DNA from: Eledone cirrhosa
Taxonomy: Eukaryota
Length of the DNA stretch: 64,000 nucleotides
Direction: 5' to 3'
Assembly (NCBI GenBank): GCA_964016885.1
Contig: OZ024744.1
Span: 30,008,001-30,072,000, forward strand
The notes beneath the pieces were generated by a model. That model was not told where the DNA came from, did not search any database, and saw nothing but the letters and a program-made list of their open reading frames with translations. The position numbers and the translations under genes were made by a program. Positions 29,801-39,466 of this stretch are shown one piece after another; position 1 is the stretch's first letter, and each line of letters starts with the position of its first letter.

Positions 29801-32800
29801 GTATTTGTTGGTACTGTTGTTACTGTTATTGTTGTTGTTTTTGTTGGTACTGTTGTTACTGTTATTGTTGTTATTGTTGTTGTTTTTGTTGTTACCGTTG
29901 TTGCTGTTTTTGTTGTTATTGTTGTTGTTTTTTTGGTACTGTTGTTACTTATTACTGGTATTGTTGTCGTTGTTGTTTTTGTTGGTACTGTTGTTGCTGT
30001 TATTGTTCTTATTGTTGTTGTTTTTCTTGTTACTGTCATTGCTGTTATTGTCGTTATTGTCGTTGTTTTTTTGTTGGTACTGTTGTTGTTGTTATTGTTG
30101 TTGTTGCTGTTTTTGTTGATACTGTTGTTACTATTATTGTTGTTATTGTTGTTGTTTTTGTTGGAACTGTTGTTAGTTATTGTTGTTGTTGTTGTTGTTT
30201 TTGCTGGTACTGTTGTTGCTGTTATTGTTGTTTTTGTGGGTACTGTTGTTGCTGTTATTGTTGTTATTGTTGTTGTTTTGTTTATCCTGGTGTTGCTGTT
30301 ATTGTTGTTATTGTTGTTGTTTTTGTTGGTACTGTTGTTACTGTTATTGTTGTTATTGTTGTTGTTTTTGTTGGTACTTACGTTGCTGGTATTGTTGTTA
30401 TTGTTGTTGTTTTTGTTGATACTGCTGTTGTTTTATTGATGTTGCTATTGTTGTTTTTGTTGGTACTGCTGTTGCTGTTATTGTTGTTATTGTTGTTTTT
30501 TTGGTGGTATTGTTGTTGCTGGTATTGTTGTTATTGTTGTTGTTTTTGTTGGTACTGTTGTTACTGTTATTGTTGTTATTGTTGTTGTTTTTGTTGGTAC
30601 TGTTGTTACTGTTATTGTTGTTGTTGTTGTTTTTGTTGATACTATTATTGCTGTTATTGTTGTTATTGTTGTTGTTTTTGTTGGTACTGTTGTTGCTGTT
30701 ATTGTTGATATTGTTGTTATTGTTGTTGTTTTTGTTGGTACTGTTGGTGCTTTTATTGTTGTTATTGTTGTTGTTTTTGTTGTTACTGTTGTTGCTGTTA
30801 TTGTTGTTATTATTGTTGTTTTTGTTGGTACTGTTGTTGCTGGTATTGTTGTTATTGTTGTTACTTTTGTTACTGTTAATGTTGTTGTTATTGTTTTTCT
30901 TGATACTATTGTTGCTGTTATTGTTGTTATTGGTGTTGTTTTTGTTGGTACTGTTGTTGCTGTTATTGTTGTTGTTGCTGTTTTTTGTTGATACTGTTGT
31001 TACTATTATTGTTGTCATTGTTGTTGTTTTTGTTGGAACTGTTGTTAGTTATTGTTGTTGTTGTTGCTGTTTTTCTGGTACTGTTGTTGTTGTTATTGTT
31101 GTTATTGTTGTTGTTTTGTTGGTACTGTTGTTACTGTTATTGTTGTTGTTGTTGTTTTTGTTGATACTATTGTTGCTGTTATTGTTGTTATTGTTGTTGT
31201 TTTTGTTGGTACTGTTGTTGCTGTTATTGTTGTTATTGTTGTTATTGTTCTTATTGTTTTTGTTTTTGTTGGAACTGTTGTTACTTTTATTGTTGTTGTT
31301 GTTGTTTTTGTTGGTACTGTTGTTGCTGTTATTGTTGTTATTGTTGTTGTTTTTGTTGGTACTGTTGTTGCTGTTATTGTTGTTGTTTTTATTGTTTTTG
31401 TTGATACTCTTGTTACTATTATTGTTGTTATTGTTGTTGTTTTTGTTGGAACTGTTGTTAGTTATTGTTGTTGTTGTTGTTGTTTTTCTGGTACTGTTGT
31501 TGCTGTTAATGTTGTTATTGTTGTTGTTTTTGTTGGTACTGTTGTTGTTGTTACTGTTGTTATTGTTGTTGTTTTTGTTGGTACTGTTGTTACTGTTATT
31601 GTTGTATTTGTTGTTGTATTTGTTGGTACTGTTGTTACTGTTATTGTTGTTGTTTTTGTTGGTACTGTTGTTACTGTTATTGTTGTTATTGTTGTTGTTT
31701 TTGTTGGTACCGTTGTTGCTGTTTTTGTTGTTATTGTTGTTGTTTTTTTGGTATTGTTGTTACTTATTACTGGTATTGTTGTCGTTGTTGTTGTTTTTGT
31801 TGGTACTGTTGTTGCTGTTACTCTTCTTATTGTTGTTTTTTTTCTTGTTACTGTCATTGCTGTTATTGTCGTTATTGTTGTTGTTTTTTGTTGGTACTGT
31901 TGTTGCTGTTATTGTTGTTATTGTCGTTGTTTTTGTTGGTCCTGTTCTTGTTGTTATTGTTGTTGTTGCTGTTTTTGTTGATACTGTTGTTACTATTATT
32001 GTTGTTATTGTTGTTGTTTTTGTTGGAACTGTTGTTGCTGTTATTGTTGTTTTTGTGGGTACTGTTGTTGCTGTTATTGTTGTTATTGTTGTTGTTTTTG
32101 TTGATACTGGTGTTGCTGTTATTGTTGTTATTGTTGTTGTTTTTGTTGGTACTGTTTTTAATGTTATTGTTGTCGTTGTTGTTGTTTTTGTTGGTACTGT
32201 TGTTGCTGTTGTCGTTGTTATTGTTGTTGTTTTTGTTGGTACTGTTGTTGCTGGTATTGTTGTTGTTGTTGTTGTTTTTCTGGTACTGTTGTTGCTGTTA
32301 TTGTTGTTATTGTTGTTGTTTTTGTTGGTACTGTTGTTACTGTTATTGTTGTTATTGTTGTTATTGTTGTTGTTTTTGTTGGTACTGTTGGTGCTTTTAT
32401 TGTTGTTATTGGTGTTGTTTTTGTTGTTACTGTTGTTGCTGTTATTGTTGTTATTATTGTTGTATTTGTTGTTGTTTTTCTGGTACTGTTGTTGCTGTTA
32501 TTGTTGTTATTGTTGTTGTTTTTGTTGTTACTTTTGTTACTCTTATTGTTGTTGTTATTGTTGTTACTGTTGTTTCTATTATTGTTGTTGCTATTGTTGT
32601 TTTTGTTGTTACTGTTGTTACTGTTATTGTTGTTGTTGTTGTTTTTGTTGATACTATTGTTGCTGTTATTGTTGTTATTGTTGTTGTTTTTGTTGGTACT
32701 GTTGTTACTGTTATTGTTGTTGTTGTTGTTTTTGTTGATACTATTGTTGCTGATATTGTTGTTATTGTTGTTGTTTTTGTTGGTACTGTTGTTACTGTTA

Positions 32801-35252
32801 TTGTTGTTGTTGTTGTTTTTGTTGGTACTGATGTTGATGTTATTGTTGTTGTTGTTGTTTTTGTTGGTACTGTTGTTGCTGTTATTGTTGTTATTGTTGT
32901 TGTTTTTGTTGGTACTGTTGTTGCTGTTATTGTTGTTGTTGTTGTTGATTTTGTTGGTACCGTTGTTAGTTATTGTTGTTGTTGTTGTTTTTGTTGTTTT
33001 TGTTGGGACTGTTGTTGCTGTTACTGTTGTTATTGTTGTTGTTATTGTTGGTACTGTTGTTACTGTTATTGTTGTTATTGTTGTTGTTTTTGTTGATACT
33101 ATTGTTGCTGTTATTGTTGTTGTTGTTGTTTTTTGTTGGTACTGTTGTTGCTGTTATTGTTGTTATAGTTGGTTTTTTTTGTTGGTACTGTTGTTGCTGT
33201 TATTGTTGTTGTTGTTGTTGTTTTTGTTGATACTGTTGTTACTGGTATTGTTGTTATTGTTGTTGTTTTTGTTGGTACTTTTGTTACTGTTATTGTTGTC
33301 GTTGGTGTTTTTGTTGGTACTGTTGTTGCTGTTATTGTTGCTGTTGTTGTTTTTGTTGATACTGTTGTTGTGGTATTGTTGTTATTGTTGCTGTTTTTGT
33401 TGGTACTTTTGTTGCTGTTATTGTTGTTGTTTTTGTTGTTTTGTTGGTTATGTTGTTGCTGTTATTGTTGTTGTTTTTGTTGTTTTGTTGGTATTGTTGT
33501 TGCAGTTATTGCTGTTGTTGTTGTTGTTTTTGTTGGTACTGTTGTTGCTGTTATTGTTGTTATTGTTGTTTTTCATGATACTGTTGTTACTGTTATTGTT
33601 GTTGTTGTTGTTGTTTTTGTTGGTACTGTTGTTGCTGTTATTGTTGTTATTGTTGTTGTTTTTGTTGGTACTTTTGTTACTGTTATTGTTGTCGTTGGTG
33701 TTTTTGTTGGTACTGTTGTTGCTGTTATTGTTGCTGTTGTTGTTTTTGTTGATACTGTTGTTGTGGTATTGTTGTTATTGTTGCTGTTTTTGTTGGTACT
33801 TTTGTTGCTGTTATTGTTGTTGTTTTTGTTGTTTTGTTGGTTATGTTGTTGCTGTTATTGTTGTTGTTTTTGTTGTTTTGTTGGTATTGTTGTTGCAGTT
33901 ATTGCTGTTGTTGTTGTTGTTTTTGTTGGTACTGTTGTTGCTGTTATTGTTGTTATTGTTGTTTTTTTTGTTGATACTGTTGTTGCTGTTATTTTTGTTG
34001 TTGTTGTTTTTGTTGGTTCTGTTGTTACTCTTATTGTTGTTGGTGTTGTTTTTGATGGTACTGATGTTAATGTTATTGTTGTCGTTGTTGTTGTTTTTGA
34101 GGGTACTGTTGTTGCTGTTATTGTTGTTAATGTTTCTTGTTTTTGTTGGTACTGTTGTTGCTGGTATTGTTGTTATTGTTGTTGTTTTTGTTGGTACTGT
34201 TGTTACTGGTATTGTTGTTATTGTTGTTGTTATTCTTGGTACTGTTGTTGCTGTTATTCTTGTTATTGTTGTTGTTTTTGTTGGTACTGTTGTTGCTGTT
34301 ATTGTTGTTGTTGTTGTTTTTGTTGGTACTCTTGTTACTGTTATTGTTGTTGTTGTTTTAGTTGGTACTGTTGTTACTGTTATTGTTGTGGTAGTTGTTA
34401 TTTTTGTTGATACTATTGTTGCTGGTATTGTTGTTATTGTTGTTGTTTTTGTTGGTACTGTTGTTGCTGTTATTGTTGTTATTGTTGGTGTTTTTGTTGG
34501 TACTGTTGTTGCTGTTATTGTTGTTGTTGTTTTTTTTGTTGATACTATTGTTACTGATATTGTTGTTGTTGTTGTTGTTTTTGTTGGTACTGTTGTTGCT
34601 GTTATTGTTGTTGTTGTTGTTTTTGTTGGTTCTGTTGTTACTGTTATTATTGTTGTTGTTATTTTTGATGGTACTGATGTTACTGTTATTGTTGTCGTTG
34701 TTGTTGTTTTTGTTGATACTATTGTTGCTGTTATTGTTGTTATTGTTGGTGTTTTTGTTGGTACTATTGTTGCCTTTATTGTTGTTGTTGTTGTTTTTGT
34801 TGGTACTGTTGTTGCTGTTATTGTTGTTGTTGTTGTTGTTTTTGTTGCTACTGTTGTTGCTGTTATTGTTGTTGTTGTTGTTTTTGTTGGTTCTGTTGTT
34901 ACTGTTATTATTGTTGTTGTTGTTTTTGATGGTACTGATGTTACTGTTATTGTTGTCGTTTTTGTTGTTTTTGTTGATACTATTGTTGCTGTTATTGTTG
35001 TCATTGTTGTTGTTTTTGTTGATACTATTGTTGCTGGTATTGTTGTTGTTGTTGTTTGTTGGTACTGTTGTTGCTGTTATTGTTGTTGTTGTTGTTGTTG
35101 TTTTTATTGGTACTGTTGTTACTGGTATTTTTGTTATTGTTGTCGTTTTTGTTGGTACTGTTGTTGCTGTTAGTGTTGTTATTGTTGTTGTTTTTGTTGG
35201 TACTGTTGTTACTGGTATTGTTGCTATTGTGGTTGTTTTTGTTGGTACTGTG
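1..35252. repeat. Giant GTT/ATT-triplet-derived tandem array (minisatellite/satellite), modal unit ~45 bp, roughly 750-800 units; runs off the left edge
   Basis: Recurring unit TTT GTT GGT ACT GTT GTT GCT GTT ATT GTT GTT ATT GTT GTT GTT, with variants (GGT/GAT, GCT/ACT, GTT/GGT) and a variable number of GTT triplets. The plus strand is dominated by G+T. The array ends sharply at ~35252. Unit count is length/45 and approximate. Confidence 0.97.
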
Positions 35253-35437
35253 TTAGAAATGTTTGGTAATTTTAAATCTGTAACAACATCATTAAAAATG
35301 ATATTGTTCCTCTTTTCCTTCGTAATATTTTCTTTTATATTTACCTTAGCTAGAACATTGTCTTGTTGACATGCTGACAAAGTCTCCCTCTCTGTGTGTT
35401 GTCTGATAGCACTCTCTCTCTTTCTTGTGTTATTCAT
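34358..35437 (-). CDS. Candidate mucin-like (PTS, Thr-rich) protein fragment: unique N-terminal part running in frame into the TTVPTK repeat
   Basis: The ORF track gives MNNTRKRES...DLKLPNISNTVPTKTTTIATIPVTTVPTK. About 60 non-repetitive codons lead into the Thr frame; an indel near 35056 then switches to the poly-Asn frame. The frame is also open upstream to a TAA at 35503-35501. Coding status is unproven. Confidence 0.4.
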   Translation of the reverse strand: MNNTRKRESAIRQHTERETLSACQQDNVLAKVNIKENITKEKRNNIIFNDVVTDLKLPNISNTVPTKTTTIATIPVTTVPTKTTTITTLTATTVPTKTTTITKIPVTTVPIKTTTTTTTITATTVPTNNNNNNTSNNSINKNNNNDNNNSNNSINKNNKNDNNNSNISTIKNNNNNNNSNNRTNKNNNNNNNSNNSSNKNNNNNNNNSNNSTNKNNNNNNKGNNSTNKNTNNNNNNSNNSINKNNNNDNNNSNISTIKNNNNNNNSNNRTNKNNNNNNNSNNSTNKNNNNNNNISNNSINKKNNNNNNSNNSTNKNTNNNNNNSNNSTNKNNNNNNNTSNNSINKNNNYHNNNSNNSTN

Positions 35438-35500
35438 GTTGAAAGAATTTTTTCCAAATAAATGTTTACATAATACGACACCCCGTAAAGGTGTGCCATT

Positions 35501-35692
35501 TTATTTACGAGTGACCTCCTGGATTAGGTGGGTCACTTCTTCTAAACTTTTATCAAGTTTAAAACTTGAAATCGAGGTATACTGTTGAAAAAAACTGGAG
35601 CCGATAAGAAGCGTGGCTGGCTTCAATAATAATAATAATAATATTGATAATAATAATTTATATAAATCAAAATGGATGCAGCATAAACCTGT
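35501..35692 (-). CDS. Candidate exon segment in the same frame, upstream of the TAA: TGLCCIHFDLYKLLLSILLLLLLKPATLLIGSSFFQQYTSISSFKLDKSLEEVTHLIQEVTRK*
   Basis: Manual translation gives 63 open codons. Possible acceptors are TTTTTTTCAACAG|T (exon from 35581, good pyrimidine tract) and CCTAAACAG|G (exon from 35688, weak). There is no in-frame ATG, and the Leu run is encoded by a (TTA)n microsatellite. Confidence 0.3.
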   Translation of the reverse strand, partial: TGLCCIHFDLYKLLLSILLLLLLKPATLLIGSSFFQQYTSISSFKLDKSLEEVTHLIQEVTRK

Positions 35693-35748
35693 TTAGGCCA
35701 TTACTCCACTGAGTACTCAATATTTGGGGTAGTAGAGTGTGGTAATAT

Positions 35749-35826
35749 GAAAGAGTCAGGACCCCGACGGCTGAGCTCTTCCTGTTGAAACGGCAAGAGC
35801 TCAGCCGTCGGAGTCCCGACTATTTC
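35749..35826. other. Near-perfect GC-rich inverted repeat / 78-nt hairpin
   Basis: AGTCAGGACCCCGACGGCTGAGCTCTTCCTGT-tgaa-ACGGCAAGAGCTCAGCCGTCGGAGTCCCGACT: a 32-bp stem with 28 Watson-Crick pairs, including 17 consecutive, extended by GAAA/TTTC. Confidence 0.92.
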
Positions 35827-35830
35827 CTTT

Positions 35831-35987
<157 letters not shown>

Positions 35988-36279
35988 AAGAAAGTAAGGT
36001 TTTTTTTCCACGGGTAAATATTTAAGGAAAAGAAATTGAAAATGCAACTGGAGTCTTTTAAGAATATTTATTTATTTTACCTGTTTCATAGTTCTTATGA
36101 GTTTCAAAAGTAAAATTGAGATGGAGGGTTTGTGTTTTTATTGTAGTTTCTCTTGCTTCCAGTTGGAGTTCGAAAATATTTTCTGTTTTCTGCGAAAAAG
36201 TGGCTCAAATTGCTATTTGCCATTTTATTTGTTGGTGACATAGTAATTTTTGTGCCAAAAATGGATGGTCAGTGTCAGA

Positions 36280-36435
36280 TATACATATATGTATGTATAT
36301 CTGCCAATATACATACATACATACATACATGTATGTATATCGGCAAATATACATACATACAGACATACATATATGCATGCACACATACATACATATATAC
36401 ATGCATGCATACATACACACAAACATATATATATA
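36280..36435. repeat. Degenerate (CATA)n/(TA)n microsatellite
   Basis: ACATACATACATAC... read directly. Confidence 0.92.
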
Positions 36436-36685
36436 ATGGCTGCAAATTTTGCTAAGAGTACTGCCATCGCTTGTCAGCTTACAGAAAATGGTGCACCTTT
36501 AGGCTACGGCCAGCCACACGAGCCTGTGACATATCCTGAACAATCAATGCCTGTGCCTTGAATGTGTTTTTAGTCGTGAAAGGCCTTGCACTCGACCAAT
36601 CCCACTCTGAGCATCGAAAACACTACCCGAAAAAGAGAACTGGCCAACATCATCGGATGATTCTGAAGCCGCAGGTTTTTTTCAG

Positions 36686-36949
36686 AGTTTCCCTCTCTTA
36701 GAAAGGTGTTGTGACAACAACTGGGGGTCTTTCACTCTCGGGTGAAAAGAAAATACTATTTGGATGGCCGTTGACTCTGCTGAGTTCCTCCGCCCTTTGC
36801 CGGGTCTTGTATTTCATCCCACAGGGTGTCCAAGATCATCCTCCTCACCAAGAAAGCGTGGTCGGGTTGCCGGTTTAGTCGCCAACGACCTGGCCATGAG
36901 ACAGGTTGTACTAGGTTGCATGTTACCAGTAGCACTGGCGAGTGACCTG
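36686..36949 (-). mobile_element. Interspersed repeat copy 1, probably the 5' end/UTR of an RTE-type LINE
   Basis: Aligns by eye to 39820-40072 (TTTGGATGGCC.TTGACTCT; CCTCCTCACCAAGAAA; GTTTAGTCGCCAACGACC; GACAGGTTGTACT; GTGACCTGACA). Both copies abut (CATA)n. The RTE 5' UTR assignment is inference from position. Confidence 0.65.
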
Positions 36950-39228
36950 ACATACATGCATAGATACATACATGATGATTGCAGTGTCTTCACAGACGAC
37001 AGCCGTCTCTTATTGATTCTTCATTGTCATCCCATCCACGTCTATGACTTCATAGATGACTTTGTAGACCAGCTGTAGATCTACATGGTTTATGACACAG
37101 GATACAGAAGAGAGTTGTGCCTCCCACAGGACCGATGGTGTCACCCTGTGGGACACAATCTTTATGTACCACCATGTGTCTGTTTAGTCCAGAACTAGTT
37201 CTACACACTTTGTTGCATACCACACACGTTGTTTCACCAGGTCTTTGTTGAGTGGTGTTGCGGGTGTTTATCCTGCTGACATGACTTCAGGTGTCTAAGA
37301 TAACCAGTCTTTGAGAGGAGTACACGTTGACAGAACTTGTATGTCCAGCTACTGATGACATCATCAAGACTGTGAGTACAGCCCTTCCGCCTAACCCTAA
37401 CCAGCCTTTGAGAGGAGTACACGTTGACAGGACTTGTATGTCCAGCTACTGATGACATCATCAAGACTGTGAGTACAGCCCTTCCGCCTAACCCTAACCA
37501 GCCTTTGAGAGGAGTACACGTTGACAGGACTTGTATGTCCAGCTACTGATGGCATCATCAAGACTGTGAGTACAGCCCTTCCGCCTAACCCTAACCAGCC
37601 TTTGAGAGGAGTACACGTTGACAGGACTTGTATGTCCAGCTACTGATGGCATCATCAAGACTGTGAGCAAAGCTCTTCCTGAGTTGACGCTTCAGTTGTT
37701 TATATTCTAGACGACATTCCTCAAAAGTTTTGTAACTGCCTATGTGCTTTCTCCACTCAGCCCTATTTAGATCTCTCTCCTCTCAGTTGTCTGTATCAAA
37801 TGTCAGCTCTTTCAGGTTGTTATTGATGCTGTCCCTGAACCTCATTTTCGGTTTGTGTTGAGGCCTTTTTTCAAGATGGAGGTCACCGTAAAACAGTTGC
37901 TTCGGTATCCTGCTTTCTTTCATGCGGACGATATACCTTGTCCAGCACATTTGAGAAGATGTTACTTGGGACTCAATGATTGGACATTCTGCTGCGATAA
38001 GAACATGGCTGCCTGGAGGTCTGTCTTGCCACTTGATGTGAAAACGGTTTGTGGAATAGCGTCCAGGTTTTGGCGGAGTATAAAAGAGCAGACAGAACAC
38101 ACGATCTATACACACACACCTTGGTATTGTTGGTAATGTTGCGATTTGCCCAAACTCTCTTTTGCAATTTTCCGAAGGCAACAGAGGCCTTCTGGATGCG
38201 CAGATGTATTTCAGCATCCAAGGAGTCATCATTTGAGAGTGTGCTACCCAAGTAGACACATTTATCTACTACTCCCAACCTGGTTCCATTAACCATGATA
38301 TTGGGTTCAGTATATGGTTCTCCAGGAGCAGGGATAAACATCACTTTGGTCTTCTAAGGCTGATTGTAAGCCTTAATGCTGTACAAGAGGATGAGAAAGG
38401 GCCCATAATGTGTTGTATGTCAGCTTCTGTGTGTGCTAGGAAGTCAGCATCGTCGGCGTAAAGAAAGTCTCTGATCAAAGCTTGAAAAGTTTTTGTCTTA
38501 GCATTAAACCTTCTTCAGGTGAAAACCTTTCCAGTGGTTCTGAACCGTAAAACAATGCCTCTGTCACAATCATGGAAAGCATGTGTGAGCAAGGCAGCAA
38601 AGAAGATGGAGAAAAACGTAGGAGCTTTACCCTGTTGTCAATTGGGATTTCCCCAAATAGTGGACCATTGAAGGTAACTCGAGCTTTCCTATTTCTATGT
38701 AACAGCTTTAGCATACTCACAAACTTGGGTGGACATCCCACTTTTCCAAGTATTACCCAGAATGCATCTCTGTTAACTGTGTCAAAGGTCTCCGTTAGGT
38801 CGACAAAGACTTGAAACAGGGGGACACACTGCTCAATGCATTTTTCTTGTATTTGTCTTATAGAGAAAATCATGTCGACTGTTCCCCTTCCTCTTCTAAA
38901 CTACTTTGTAATTCCGGGGTAGCTGTAGGACAGACATCCTCCACCAGTCTGTTGAGTAAAAGTCTTGCGAGAACCTTGCCAACAGCTTCCAACAAAGTGA
39001 TACCACGGTAGTTGCCACATATTGATTTTTCACCTTTGCCTTTATATAATGATAACAGAATACTGTTGATCCAGTCTTGTGGAACCAGGGTCCCATTCCA
39101 TCAATCAGTGATAAAGATGTTTATTGATTCTTTTACATTATCACCACCGACTTTCAGCAGTTTGACTGGGATACCATCTGGACCTGGTGCGTTGCCAGAG
39201 TTAACCTGCTTGACTGACAACTTTATTT
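36950..39228 (-). mobile_element. Decayed RTE-clade (BovB-like) non-LTR retrotransposon: RT domain, C-terminal zinc fingers and 3' microsatellite tail
   Basis: Minus-strand motifs APGPDGIP, GNYRGITLL..VGKVLARLLLNRL, DMIFSIRQIQEKCIEQ, VFVDLTETFDTVNRD, IRDFLYADD (YADD at 38460-38449), YLGSTLSND.SLDAEI..RIQKASVAFGKL and RMKESRIPKQLFYG.L. Multiple frameshifts and stops. Ends in an ATCATC(ATGT)n tail near 36950-36980. Confidence 0.93.
37301..37667. repeat. 97-bp tandem repeat (~3.8 copies) inside the LINE 3' region
   Basis: GCCCTTCCGCCTAACCCTAACCAG recurs at 37381, 37478 and 37575 (period 97); the copies are near-identical. Confidence 0.95.
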
Positions 39229-39466
39229 CATACATACATACATACATACAGGCAGACAGACAGACAGACATTCATACATTCATACATATATGCATACATA
39301 CATACACACATACATACATACATACGTACATACATACATACATGTATATATACATACTTACAAACATATATACATACATACAGACATTCATATATTTATA
39401 CATACATACATATAAACATATATACATACATACATACAGACAGACAAACATTCATACATACATACA
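39229..39466. repeat. (CATA)n/(CAGA)n microsatellite interrupting the LINE
   Basis: Read directly; LINE coding similarity stops at its left edge. Confidence 0.93.

Noticed and set aside
1-35369. Dozens of long plus-strand poly-Leu/Val/Cys ORFs
   Set aside because: GTT-type repeats lack stops in most frames. The products are implausible all-hydrophobic strings, mostly with non-ATG starts.
37350-37460. CTGATGA hammerhead-like core in the 97-bp repeat
   Set aside because: No downstream stem II plus GAAA. The sequence is explained as antisense LINE coding DNA, and two copies read CTGATGG.
37390-37597. Interstitial telomere
   Set aside because: Only about two CCCTAA units per 97-bp monomer; no true (TTAGGG)n tract.
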